Assembly (NCBI GenBank): GCA_000004985.1
Contig: GG738851.1
DNA from: Naegleria gruberi
Lineage: Eukaryota
Reading direction: 5' to 3' (one strand)
DNA: 64,000 bases
Part shown: positions 20,765 to 29,951 of the stretch, in pieces
Layout: each line of letters begins with the position of its first letter
How positions within the stretch are numbered: the stretch's first letter is position 1
Position numbers and translations under genes: made by a program
Notes under the pieces: model-generated
Database searches by the model: none
What the model was told of the DNA's origin: nothing
The model's input: the letters and a program-made list of their open reading frames with translations, nothing else

Positions 20765-21684
20765 AGAAAAATGATGAGAAAGGAAAAAATAAACAAAAAA
20801 ACAACCAGTTTAATTTTCTGAACAACCAAAACCAAAGCCATGTTTCAGACCTTGTAAAGTAACTTTCTGATTATTAGCCAGAAATGCTTAAGAATCAACT
20901 TTTTCGTAACTCCACAAACAGTACAGCAAAAGGGTTTTGCCATTTTTTGGAAGTTTTTTGTAAATAAAAATGCATAATAATTGTGATTGAGATTAAACAT
21001 TATTATCTGCCACATCGAAGAAACAATTCCAACCTTTGATATTTGGAATATATCATTACTACATGAATTATCGCGATTTGACAGAAGCTATTTTTTATTT
21101 TTTGCTTCTATCTTAAGAACGAAAGTTAGCCATCACACTCATTCAATTTCATACCAAAACCAAGCGTACACAGAGAGTTCAAAAAATCCTCCAGCCACAA
21201 CGAAGGAATCTTTTAAAGGTGTCATGTGTTCAATTATTGAACTTTATGAAATTTAAAAGTAACTGAGAGAAGCTATTTTTTTATTTCATCGTATTTATTT
21301 TTTTTAATACTTCCTAAATAGTGCATGTGTTTTTAGCTTAAAATTTAATTCTGAAAATATGCTGTTTACGATAAATACTTCACAGAAATGAAAAATTCCA
21401 AGATGAGAAATATATATATTGGTACTGAAATGTCTTCAAATTGCTAAAGTTTTGGGAAACATCATCCTCGACCCTGAGAGTATCTATGTGAATAAATTCT
21501 AGACAACAAGACGTGAATATGTGAATTAAAATCGATATTGTGAAACTTCACCTGTTTATAGAACTGTAACAGATTATTGGATGTATAGAGTTGTATATTT
21601 ATTGAAAAAACATATATCGACTTGGAACCACTTTGACAATTCTCAACATTTTCGCTCGGCTGATACCAACTTTCCGCCCCCCTG
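20747..21684. mobile_element. Non-autonomous DNA transposon (MITE-like, hAT-like), 938 bp, 15-bp terminal inverted repeats and an 8-bp target-site duplication
   Basis: The left TIR CAGGGGGGCGGAAAG (20747..20761) is the exact reverse complement of the right TIR CTTTCCGCCCCCCTG (21670..21684). The direct repeat AATTTTGG flanks both ends (20739..20746 and 21685..21692). The interior is AT-rich, has an internal direct repeat gaagctattttttatttt, and contains no transposase ORF. A CAGGG terminus plus an 8-bp TSD is typical of hAT elements. Confidence 0.55.
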
Positions 21685-21875
21685 AATTTTGGTAAGGGGT
21701 TTGTAGTCCTCTCCCGCCAAGTTTAATCCACTTTTCACTAGCAAATAAAATGCCAGAAATTCACTGATAATCCACCTGCTGGTGGAAAAGCGTATTCTGC
21801 TTTAAATAACTCTCTGCGTTCTTGGTCCAATTTTCCAACAACAAAAAACAACAATAATAATTATTATTAACAGAA

Positions 21876-23444
21876 ATGTCAAGCAGCAGACCAACAAGAG
21901 AAAGAAGATTACCAATTCACTTGGAAGATTATATTGTTGGTGAATTAGATTTACGAAAGAATTATGAAAAGGAAGAAAAGAAGAAACAAAAATTATTATT
22001 AAAGAAGAAGGCTGAAATTTCAAAGAAGGAACAAGCTGAAAAGAGAAAGAAAGAAGCCATGGAAGCAACAAAGAAAAAGAAGGAAGCTGTTAAAAAATCT
22101 ATTAGAAAAAAGCCATCTTCATCATATTATACTTCATCTTCAACAACAATTTCTAAAAGATCTTCATCCGCAATTACACCATATACAGATTATAATAATC
22201 CAAAATTTAAAGTTTTTACATCAACATCTGAAGCAAGAAACAAATTAATTGAAAAAACACCTGGTAATAAGATTTTAAAAGGATCAGATGATGCTTCTAA
22301 ATGGTCAATGTCAAAATTAGATTCATCAATTAGATACAAATCACTTAATATTTCAGATATTTTAAGTGGATGTTATTATGTACCAGGTAATAATCACAAA
22401 TTAGATACAACTGGTAGTGATAGAGTACCCACAGTTCAAATTTGTTTTTCATTTGATACAACTGGTTCAATGTCTTCATATTTAAATAATTTGAAATTTA
22501 AATTACAAACTATTTGTCAACAATTAATGAATGATGTTAGAGGTTTAGAAATTGCAATTATTGCACATGGTGATTATGAAGATTCTAAAGATAACGGTTC
22601 ATATTGTTTATACAAATTAGATTTTACAACAGATATTGAACAAATTATTTCATTTGTTCAATCAATTAATTCAACAAGTGGTTATGATGGAGATGAATGT
22701 TATGAAGCTGTTTTATTAGAAGCTCAATCTTTATCTTGGGTTAATGTTGAAAATACATTTACAAATAGATCACTTGTTGTAATTGGTGATGCTGATCCTC
22801 ACAAATCAAATGAATGGTTTAATATTGATTGGAAACAAGAAACAAGTAATTTATTTGATAATCATCATGTTAAAATTCATAGTGTTAGATGTGGTTCATC
22901 TTCATGGTCAACAAAAGATTTTTACAAAACAATTTCGGAAGAAACAGGTGGATCTGAATATTTATTAGATACATTTGAAAAAACAATTGAAATGTTTTGT
23001 GGTTTAATTTATAGAGAAGCTGCTGATAATATTATGATGAATGATACAACAATGCAAGCACATATTGATGGAGCAGTTTCAGGTGAAGTTACAATTGTTA
23101 AACCAACAATGTCTTCAAGTGATAAGATGATTGATGATGGTGAAAAGAGTGATGATGTTACATCATTAGGTTCATATATTGTTACAGATGATGATATTTT
23201 AAAGATTCACACTGCAATTCATAGTACTTGTACAGAAGTTAAAATTAATGGTATTGAATTTGCAATTCAAATGAATGAAAGTTCATGTAGATTTGTAAGA
23301 GTTGATGGAGTTGTCTATATTGAACAAAATAAGGAAAAGAAGACTAAGTATGCCAAGATGGCTTTAGAAGGAAAGAAATTAACTTGGATTTGTCATGCTG
23401 GTAATTGGGGTCTTATCATTGATGATAAAATTGAAAAGAGATAG
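21876..23444 (+). CDS. von Willebrand factor A (vWA) domain protein with a Lys/Glu-rich N-terminus
   Basis: 522-aa ORF. MIDAS-like DTTGSMSS motif in VQICFSFDTTGSMSSYLNNL, then IAIIAHGDYED and GYDGDECYEAVL. Confidence 0.6.
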   Translation: MSSSRPTRERRLPIHLEDYIVGELDLRKNYEKEEKKKQKLLLKKKAEISKKEQAEKRKKEAMEATKKKKEAVKKSIRKKPSSSYYTSSSTTISKRSSSAITPYTDYNNPKFKVFTSTSEARNKLIEKTPGNKILKGSDDASKWSMSKLDSSIRYKSLNISDILSGCYYVPGNNHKLDTTGSDRVPTVQICFSFDTTGSMSSYLNNLKFKLQTICQQLMNDVRGLEIAIIAHGDYEDSKDNGSYCLYKLDFTTDIEQIISFVQSINSTSGYDGDECYEAVLLEAQSLSWVNVENTFTNRSLVVIGDADPHKSNEWFNIDWKQETSNLFDNHHVKIHSVRCGSSSWSTKDFYKTISEETGGSEYLLDTFEKTIEMFCGLIYREAADNIMMNDTTMQAHIDGAVSGEVTIVKPTMSSSDKMIDDGEKSDDVTSLGSYIVTDDDILKIHTAIHSTCTEVKINGIEFAIQMNESSCRFVRVDGVVYIEQNKEKKTKYAKMALEGKKLTWICHAGNWGLIIDDKIEKR

Positions 23445-23678
23445 GAAACCAATCCTTAAAAACCATAGTCGAGTGTAAATAAAACTTTAATCAAAAATTT
23501 TCGTAATTCTAAACGTTCCAATTTCAAACCGAGTGGTGGTATCAGATCCACTTGATGGAATTCTTTTGGAATGGCCTTGGACAGATTCCAATTCCTTATT
23601 TCTTCAATAAGGAATGGATGTAGTCCTAGTGTTTTTAAATTCTCTACTTATATGATAAAGAAAAAGATGGAAATGTAA

Positions 23679-23752
23679 GCAGCGATAGATCAGTTGGTTA
23701 GATCGTAAGCCTAACACGCTTAAGGTCGCGGGTTCAAGCCCCGCTCGCTGTA
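23679..23752 (+). tRNA. tRNA-Val(AAC): tRNA-Val (anticodon AAC)
   Basis: Cloverleaf: acceptor GCAGCGA/TCGCTGT (one G-U), D-stem GATC/GATC, anticodon stem TAAGC/GCTTA, loop CTAACAC, T-arm GCGGG TTCAAGC CCCGC, discriminator A. A T6 run follows at 23758..23763. Confidence 0.9.
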
Positions 23753-23919
23753 ACTTATTTTTTGTTTCTCGATTTATAAAGACCAGTAAATTTTAACGCA
23801 TTATTTTTGGCGCTAGAAACGTTTACAGATTTTCAAAAAAAATTAATGCTCTTATTGTACTAGAAAAACATCAACCAATTTTAAAACATCATCAACACTA
23901 ACAATATATTGGAAGCATA

Positions 23920-26178
23920 ATGCTAAGAAATAACGATTTTGGAGGGGCTACAGTTACCCAGACAAAAAAGATGTCTCACTTTACCCCAACCGATCAAAGA
24001 GAATTATACCGAGATGCAGTAAAACAACAATCATCAAATCCATTCAAATTGGAGAGAGTAGTAAATTATGATGGAATGTTCACGGAGCATGGTTCAAGCT
24101 TTAGATTTGGTACATCTCATAATTATAATCCAAATTATTTTCCTCCTAAAACATTTGTAAAAAGTGGTAGGAATGAGCCTCACATTGAAACAACTCTATC
24201 TGGACCTGACCGATATAAATTTTTCCATAGACCAGTTGTTGGACCTGTGAGTGAGAATGAATTTTTAAGCATGCCAATGAATGAAAAACATACAGTCTAT
24301 GTGACTGATAAACCATTAAAAACGGAAAGAGATGAATCTCAAGAAGAGATTGAATTCCAAGAGGAGGAAATAATATCTCAACCAAGAACTAGAGAAGCTG
24401 GAACACAGTCAATGTATAGAGAAAATGACACTCAAACCATGCCATACTTCCCACCAGTCAGACAAAAATCAGCAAAAACTAATGAAGTGGATTTGAACAA
24501 TCCATACAGTAATCAAAAGGAACGAGCTGTTATGAGACCAGGAGAACAAGTAGAAATGGACCCTGAAGATTACCCCGACTATATGAAAATGCATGATTTA
24601 GTTTTTGAGGATGGTAGGAATGGAGGATTTATTACTGAGGATCACATTAAAATTGTAGATAGAACGAGGAGAAGAAGAGAAGTAGAAGAACAACTGAAAA
24701 GAGTTGGACCAAATATTGATGAACAAGAATTTAAGAATCGAGTCAATATGTTAAAAGACCTTGAAATGATAGAATGGAAGGAAAGAGAGGAGGAAGTTGC
24801 CAAAATGCAGGAAAGGCAAATTGAGCATGTCAGAGCAAAATTTGAGGTTCGAGAACAAGTCAGAGAAATGAAGAGTAGTTCTAGGTTGGAATCAAGATTG
24901 AAAAAGATACAAGAAGAAACAAAAGAAAAACTTGCCAAGATTGAAAAGAAAAAGCTTAAAAACATCAGAAGAACGATCAAGAAGTTTGATAATCCTGAAA
25001 ACACACTTGAAAGAAGAGATATTCTATTCGAATATTCCTTCCCTGCCTCTAGGACCTATGCTCCAATGTTGAGAGATGGTCAAGTCTCGGCTCTCACAAC
25101 CATTGCATATGAAATTAGACCTGCTCTTTTGACAGATCCATTGGGAGTGGAAGAAGTTCAAATGAATCAAGTTAACAAATACCTGACCTCAGAGAATAGA
25201 AACCTCGATAAGGCTCTCCCCATTCGTGATAAATCAGGTGCTGTTGTCGTTGATCCTCTCAAGACAACAATCAATCCAGAAAATAGAAAGCAAAAGGTTG
25301 TAAAGGAACATTTACAATTAGCCATCAAGGAGCTTGAAAAGTTAAAGAATGTAAACGACATCCATGATCGTGTCAAGGAAGTGAAAGAAATGTACAAATC
25401 TACTCCTAGAATTACAAGACCTCCAACACCGACTTTGGAAGATGAAGGCTCTGAAACTGATGTCGTTTTTGATGATTTGGAGAATGCTGCTTCATTCATT
25501 CAAAAATTATTGAGAGGAAGAGCAGCTCAAGAAGAATTTTACGAGGGTAAAGAAAGAAGTATCGAGCTTATTAAGGAATTACAAGCTGTTGAAGAAATTA
25601 AACGAAAGGAAAGAGAACAAGAGAAATCTCACCACTTTAAAGAACAACAAAGAAGACAAAATCTCGACCAAGCAAGAGAAATTGTCATGGACAATATCCA
25701 AGGTAAACTCATCAGTAATGCACTTGACTTTTTATCTAAAGAGCTCATCAGACAAGATGAACTCAAAAGAGTCAAACAATTGGTTGAATTTGCAGAAAAG
25801 GAAAGACACCAAAGAGAACAAGAAGAAATCATTAGAAGAAAGCATGAAGAGGAGGCCAGAAAAAGAAAGGAAAAGATTCAATCAGAAACAATTCAAATTC
25901 ACACCGATACAGTTTCCACTTACCTTCTCGATATTTTCAATGCTTGTTCTGAAAGTTTAGCTGAAAGACAGGCCAGAGAAGAAATACTGCAGGAAAGATT
26001 GTCAGATGAAATACTCAAAGAACGTACAGTAATAACACCTGAAGAAGGAGCAATCAAGGATCTTGTCAAATCCTTCCTTTTACCACAAGTCAAGAGAGAA
26101 GTTCTCAAAAAGAAGATTGACGTTAATCAGAACAAGTTTTTGAATTCAGCCCATTCACTATTCCAATCCATAGAGTAA
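23920..26178 (+). CDS. Charged (Lys/Glu/Arg-rich) coiled-coil protein with an IQ motif
   Basis: 752-aa ORF. IQ motif is FIQKLLRGRAAQ. Long heptad-like K/E/R-rich stretches. The internal antisense ORFs listed by the track are composition artefacts. Confidence 0.5.
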   Translation: MLRNNDFGGATVTQTKKMSHFTPTDQRELYRDAVKQQSSNPFKLERVVNYDGMFTEHGSSFRFGTSHNYNPNYFPPKTFVKSGRNEPHIETTLSGPDRYKFFHRPVVGPVSENEFLSMPMNEKHTVYVTDKPLKTERDESQEEIEFQEEEIISQPRTREAGTQSMYRENDTQTMPYFPPVRQKSAKTNEVDLNNPYSNQKERAVMRPGEQVEMDPEDYPDYMKMHDLVFEDGRNGGFITEDHIKIVDRTRRRREVEEQLKRVGPNIDEQEFKNRVNMLKDLEMIEWKEREEEVAKMQERQIEHVRAKFEVREQVREMKSSSRLESRLKKIQEETKEKLAKIEKKKLKNIRRTIKKFDNPENTLERRDILFEYSFPASRTYAPMLRDGQVSALTTIAYEIRPALLTDPLGVEEVQMNQVNKYLTSENRNLDKALPIRDKSGAVVVDPLKTTINPENRKQKVVKEHLQLAIKELEKLKNVNDIHDRVKEVKEMYKSTPRITRPPTPTLEDEGSETDVVFDDLENAASFIQKLLRGRAAQEEFYEGKERSIELIKELQAVEEIKRKEREQEKSHHFKEQQRRQNLDQAREIVMDNIQGKLISNALDFLSKELIRQDELKRVKQLVEFAEKERHQREQEEIIRRKHEEEARKRKEKIQSETIQIHTDTVSTYLLDIFNACSESLAERQAREEILQERLSDEILKERTVITPEEGAIKDLVKSFLLPQVKREVLKKKIDVNQNKFLNSAHSLFQSIE

Positions 26179-26206
26179 GATTCATTACAATAAAATCTTT
26201 AAAAAA

Positions 26207-27819
26207 ATGAATCAACAGAGTTTTGCTGTCATTCACACAAAATTAAATCCATCATTAAATGATGTTCCAACAACATCATCAAATCATCACGATGCTCGGG
26301 ATTCCATCCGATCAATCACAAGTCAAAACGATTATAATTACATACAATTTTTAACAAGAACAGGAGATTCGTGTATTAATCAATCACTCTCTCCTTTACA
26401 AATTAAAATTCAAGTCAAATGTTGTGGATTATCAAAATTAGATTATCAAGTAAAGAAGGGAAATATTCCACAGTGGAAAATTGAAAAATCTCTCGAAATT
26501 AATTTAATTCCTGGATATGAAGTGAGTGGAGTTGTAGTTGAAATTGGAAAGGGTGTAAATTCTAGAGCATTATCTATTGGAGATTCGGTTATTGGTTTCA
26601 TTCCAATCCAACAATTGTCAAAAATTGCTAATTTTAATATTTCCAATGAGATAGAAGAGGATGAAACTAATGTAATGAATAATATTAATGTAGAATCATT
26701 GAATGGTGGGTGCTCAACCGAATGTATTGCTGATGCTCATTTATTTGTAAAAATTCCAAATGGAATGTCCTATATTAAGGCATCCAGTTCAATAATGAGT
26801 GGAATTAGAGCATATGATACTCTCTTTTTCAAAACACCATCCATTAGACAAGGTGATATCATATTTATTAGTGCAGGAGCAAGATGGGAACAGACCTATT
26901 TGTTGCAATTGGCAGTCTTGTTAACAAAATGTCGAGTAATTACAACAGTTCACACCGATGAGGAGATTAACTTTTTGAGAATGATTTCGTCAAGAATCGC
27001 CTCATCTCTCTCATCAAATATGTTAAATAGTGAGGAGGATTCTATTGAGGATAATGATAGATATGAAACAAGTCAACAAACACAACAACACCAATTAGGA
27101 ACTTCTCCACCCTATGATAATAGTATGTTTTTGAATTAGTATTTAGTTTTCATATTTTAATTGTTTACAAATTATTATTTTTGAAAACAATGATCGAATA
27201 GTGATGGATTCACAATTTGTTTCCTCAATCATGTCCCTCATGAAGAATGGTTCATCTGCCAATCCAATTACCATTCTTGATAGAAGGTTGTACGATACTA
27301 CAGATAAATTACAACAAGCCATCATGAAAGAAACAGAAGGTCAAGGAGTTCAGGTTGTTGTTTTAGGTGAATCAGTACTTCACACAAATTCTTCAGATTC
27401 ACTAATTCCAAACGAGAGAAGTGCCACAACTCAATACATTGACATGAGCTTGAATATTTTATCAGCTCATGGCTCATTGATTCTGTGTGATTATTCAGAT
27501 CAATTGACATCTTCCCACTTGAAATTCATGTTTGAGAAATCAATTACCATGAGTAATTGTTTTGAGCAGAATTATGTTTTGAGCTCCAACCTTATTGGAC
27601 GATATTTACGTAAGTTAACCTGTTAATGCTTTCTTTTCTCACATCAACGAAGATATTATGAGTGGAATTGTCAAGGATGTTTTTGAAGAGAAGATTGAAA
27701 TTCCTATCGCTCACTGTTTACCTCTCTCTTCAATAAGGGATGCCCACAAAAAGTTAGATGCCTCATTGGCTGCTAATTCATCTTCATCATTCATTGGAAA
27801 GATTATTGTCAAAATGTAA
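26207..27819 (+). CDS. Medium-chain dehydrogenase/reductase (zinc-ADH / quinone-oxidoreductase-like) family protein, three exons
   Basis: Exon 1 is 26207..27122 and has a GroES-like fold (PGYEVSGVVVEIGKGV ... GDSVIGF). Intron 1 is 27123..27201 (GTATGT..ATAG, 79 nt, phase 1), which joins ...YDNS to MMDSQF. Exon 2 is 27202..27609. Intron 2 is 27610..27652 (GTAAGT..GAAG, 43 nt). Exon 3 is 27653..27819 and ends ...SSSFIGKIIVKM*. The third exon is less certain. The alternative is a stop at 27626. Confidence 0.55.
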
Positions 27820-28052
27820 TGTTATTATCAAAGAGAACGATGTACAAAAAGTAGTGTGAAATAAAACCCATTGTTTTTATAAGAGATTCCCAAAAGAAAT
27901 GAACAGCTAGCCCACTAGGTGTATTTGCCATTCATTTGGTGTTTATATCACACAGGTTTAACCAAAAAGTGCTGAATAAGAGAAAAGAGTCGAAAATTAT
28001 GATTGTTCCACAGGAAATATCATTCGGTATAAAATAGAATATAATACTAAGT

Positions 28053-28468
28053 TTACTTGAGCTTGGAGAACAAGGTTTCAGCAACCTATAGTTATATAAT
28101 GTATCCGCAAAAATGTTCAAGTCATCATCCGATTAATGTTCCAATGAATAATAATAATAAAAATATATATTTCATCATCGTATATTTTGTTATTGTTATT
28201 ATTATATAATAATTAGAAATCCTGAACAAAAACTACAAAGATTACATACACATGAATCAATACAAGTTCTCATATCAAAAGACCAAGATGAGCAGTTCTT
28301 TTCACCGGTTTCATCACCTTCAATTCTCTTACAACAGTTTTCATAATCAGTAACTTCTTGTTGACATCTCATGGTCTTACAAGTAGCACTGAGTTCGATT
28401 CTAGGATCAACGACTTCTTCTTCTTCGTCGTCTGAAGGAAGGACTTTGTAGACTGGTTTGGTGTTCAT
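28053..28468 (-). CDS. UQCRH/QCR6-like: Ubiquinol-cytochrome c reductase hinge protein (complex III subunit 6)-like, two exons
   Basis: Exon 1 is 28250..28468. It has an acidic run DDEEEEVVDP and a Cys pattern C..C..Y..CC..R...C...D..C.DSC. Intron is 28086..28249 (GTATGT..CTATAG, 164 nt, phase 0). Exon 2 is 28053..28085 and encodes VAETLFSKLK*. The track ORF 28202..28579 over-extends at both ends. Confidence 0.7.
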
Positions 28469-28871
28469 TTTTTGGAATTTTTTTATGGCGTTTACAAAAT
28501 TAAATTTTTTAATATTTTTTGAAAAATTGGAGTAAAAGCAACCAATTGGAAGCAAAAGAGGAAAAAATTGAGAGCACACTTAGCTCACCTTATTGAAGAT
28601 CATATTGTTGTTCATTTGATGATGTTGGAAGATATTAAGACTTTTAGATAGTAGAATTTCGGAATTTTTATTGGACAAGATGATGGAGGAATTACTATTA
28701 CTTCCGAACAAATATCAACATTTAATTTTCGATCATGAATATGGAAAATAAGTAATGGATTAACATTAAGATATGATTCAAAATTGATGATAATCTCAAA
28801 AAATCCAATCCTCAATTTTGGAATTTATTCATTTTGGAAGTAATCTAAAAGAAAAATCCATTCAAAACAAA

Positions 28872-29126
28872 ATGACTGGTCTGATTGCAAACTCAACTCC
28901 ACGTGTTGGATCTACCAACTCAATTATTGTCCTCATTATCAACATCTTCTTCCCAGGATTTGGTACCATGTTAGCTTCTCTAATCACTGAAGAAAAAGAA
29001 AAGATGCAACCAACTCTCATAGTTGGAATTTTACAGTTTCTTCTTTCATTCATTATTATTGGTTGGATTTGGGCTATTATATGGGGAATCAAAATAATGC
29101 ATGTTAGCAGAGAAGGTGCTATCTAA
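28872..29126 (+). CDS. Small two-TM membrane protein (SPEC3/Stum-like)
   Basis: The start is taken at MTGLIANS. Motifs NIFFPGFGTMLASL and IIGWIWAIIWGIKI. Confidence 0.4.
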   Translation: MTGLIANSTPRVGSTNSIIVLIINIFFPGFGTMLASLITEEKEKMQPTLIVGILQFLLSFIIIGWIWAIIWGIKIMHVSREGAI

Positions 29127-29951
29127 TAATTGAAATGATAAAATCAAAACTCAATTGGTTCATTTGAAGAATGAAATTATTGAATCAATACTCTTCTCAA
29201 TTCTAATTCACTAGAACAGATAAAGAAAATTACTAAAGCTTAAATCTAAATATTATTCTCTTCATACTCACCATTTTAATAACAAATTATGGAATTAGAT
29301 ACACCATATCCAGTGAAATTCAACGAATATCGGTCCAAACCTCAAAAATGATACAACCATCAACTGTTTTCACAAATCAAGCCTCCCATACAACCATGAA
29401 ACAAATTCACAGGCTTACAATAACCGAAATCATTAGAGCACTATCTCCATACATCAAACAAGAACCACTCCTGATTGACATTATTTTAACAGCAAGGTTC
29501 AGTTGATGTAAGAATTGCTACCACCACACACAGCACAAACTTCTTTCAGCTTGAACCTGCTTGTGTTGAAGACGATAATAAAAAAAGTGCGCAACAAGAA
29601 CGAATCTTTTTCCCTGTCAAGCAAGAAAACAAGAATCTGCATCAACAATAACAAGGACAGCTTAAAAGGCTAGCTTGACAACAACAATATAATACAACAA
29701 TAATTTATCAACAACATTTACATCATCAACAAGATTTATCATACTTGATTCATTTTAATCATCAAATCATAGTGACTGCGTTATCGGATTCTTTTCCTTC
29801 ATCATCCACTCTTACCTTTTAGTATTTATTCCTTCAAGTTGAGAAATCCTTTTAAACTGGCAAGCTTAAAGTTTTGTTATTTTTCCAATTTGAACAATAC
29901 CAGAGAATAGAAATATACTTTTAATTGATCAATCACACATTCAAAAACAAA

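Noticed and set aside
20987-21256. 89-aa ORF inside the MITE-like element as a possible transposase.
   Set aside because: Far too short, low-complexity, no DDE/hAT dimerisation motifs. The element is best read as non-autonomous.
24146-25960. Multiple 60-120-aa ORFs antisense or out-of-frame within large genes, e.g. 24146..24385, 24642..25004, 25167..25499, 25589..25960, 30431..30742, 32369..32788, 59351..59770, 60317..60733.
   Set aside because: These are low-complexity translations of purine-rich/K-E-coding or repeat-coding sequence on the wrong strand or frame. No domains, and each is fully contained in a better-supported gene.
28202-28579. Full 125-aa ORF as the hinge-protein gene, including the MCSQFFPLLL... 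N-terminal extension.
   Set aside because: The extension starts at a non-ATG codon and is hydrophobic junk upstream of a strong ATG (MNTKPVYK). The spliced 83-aa model matches the family much better.
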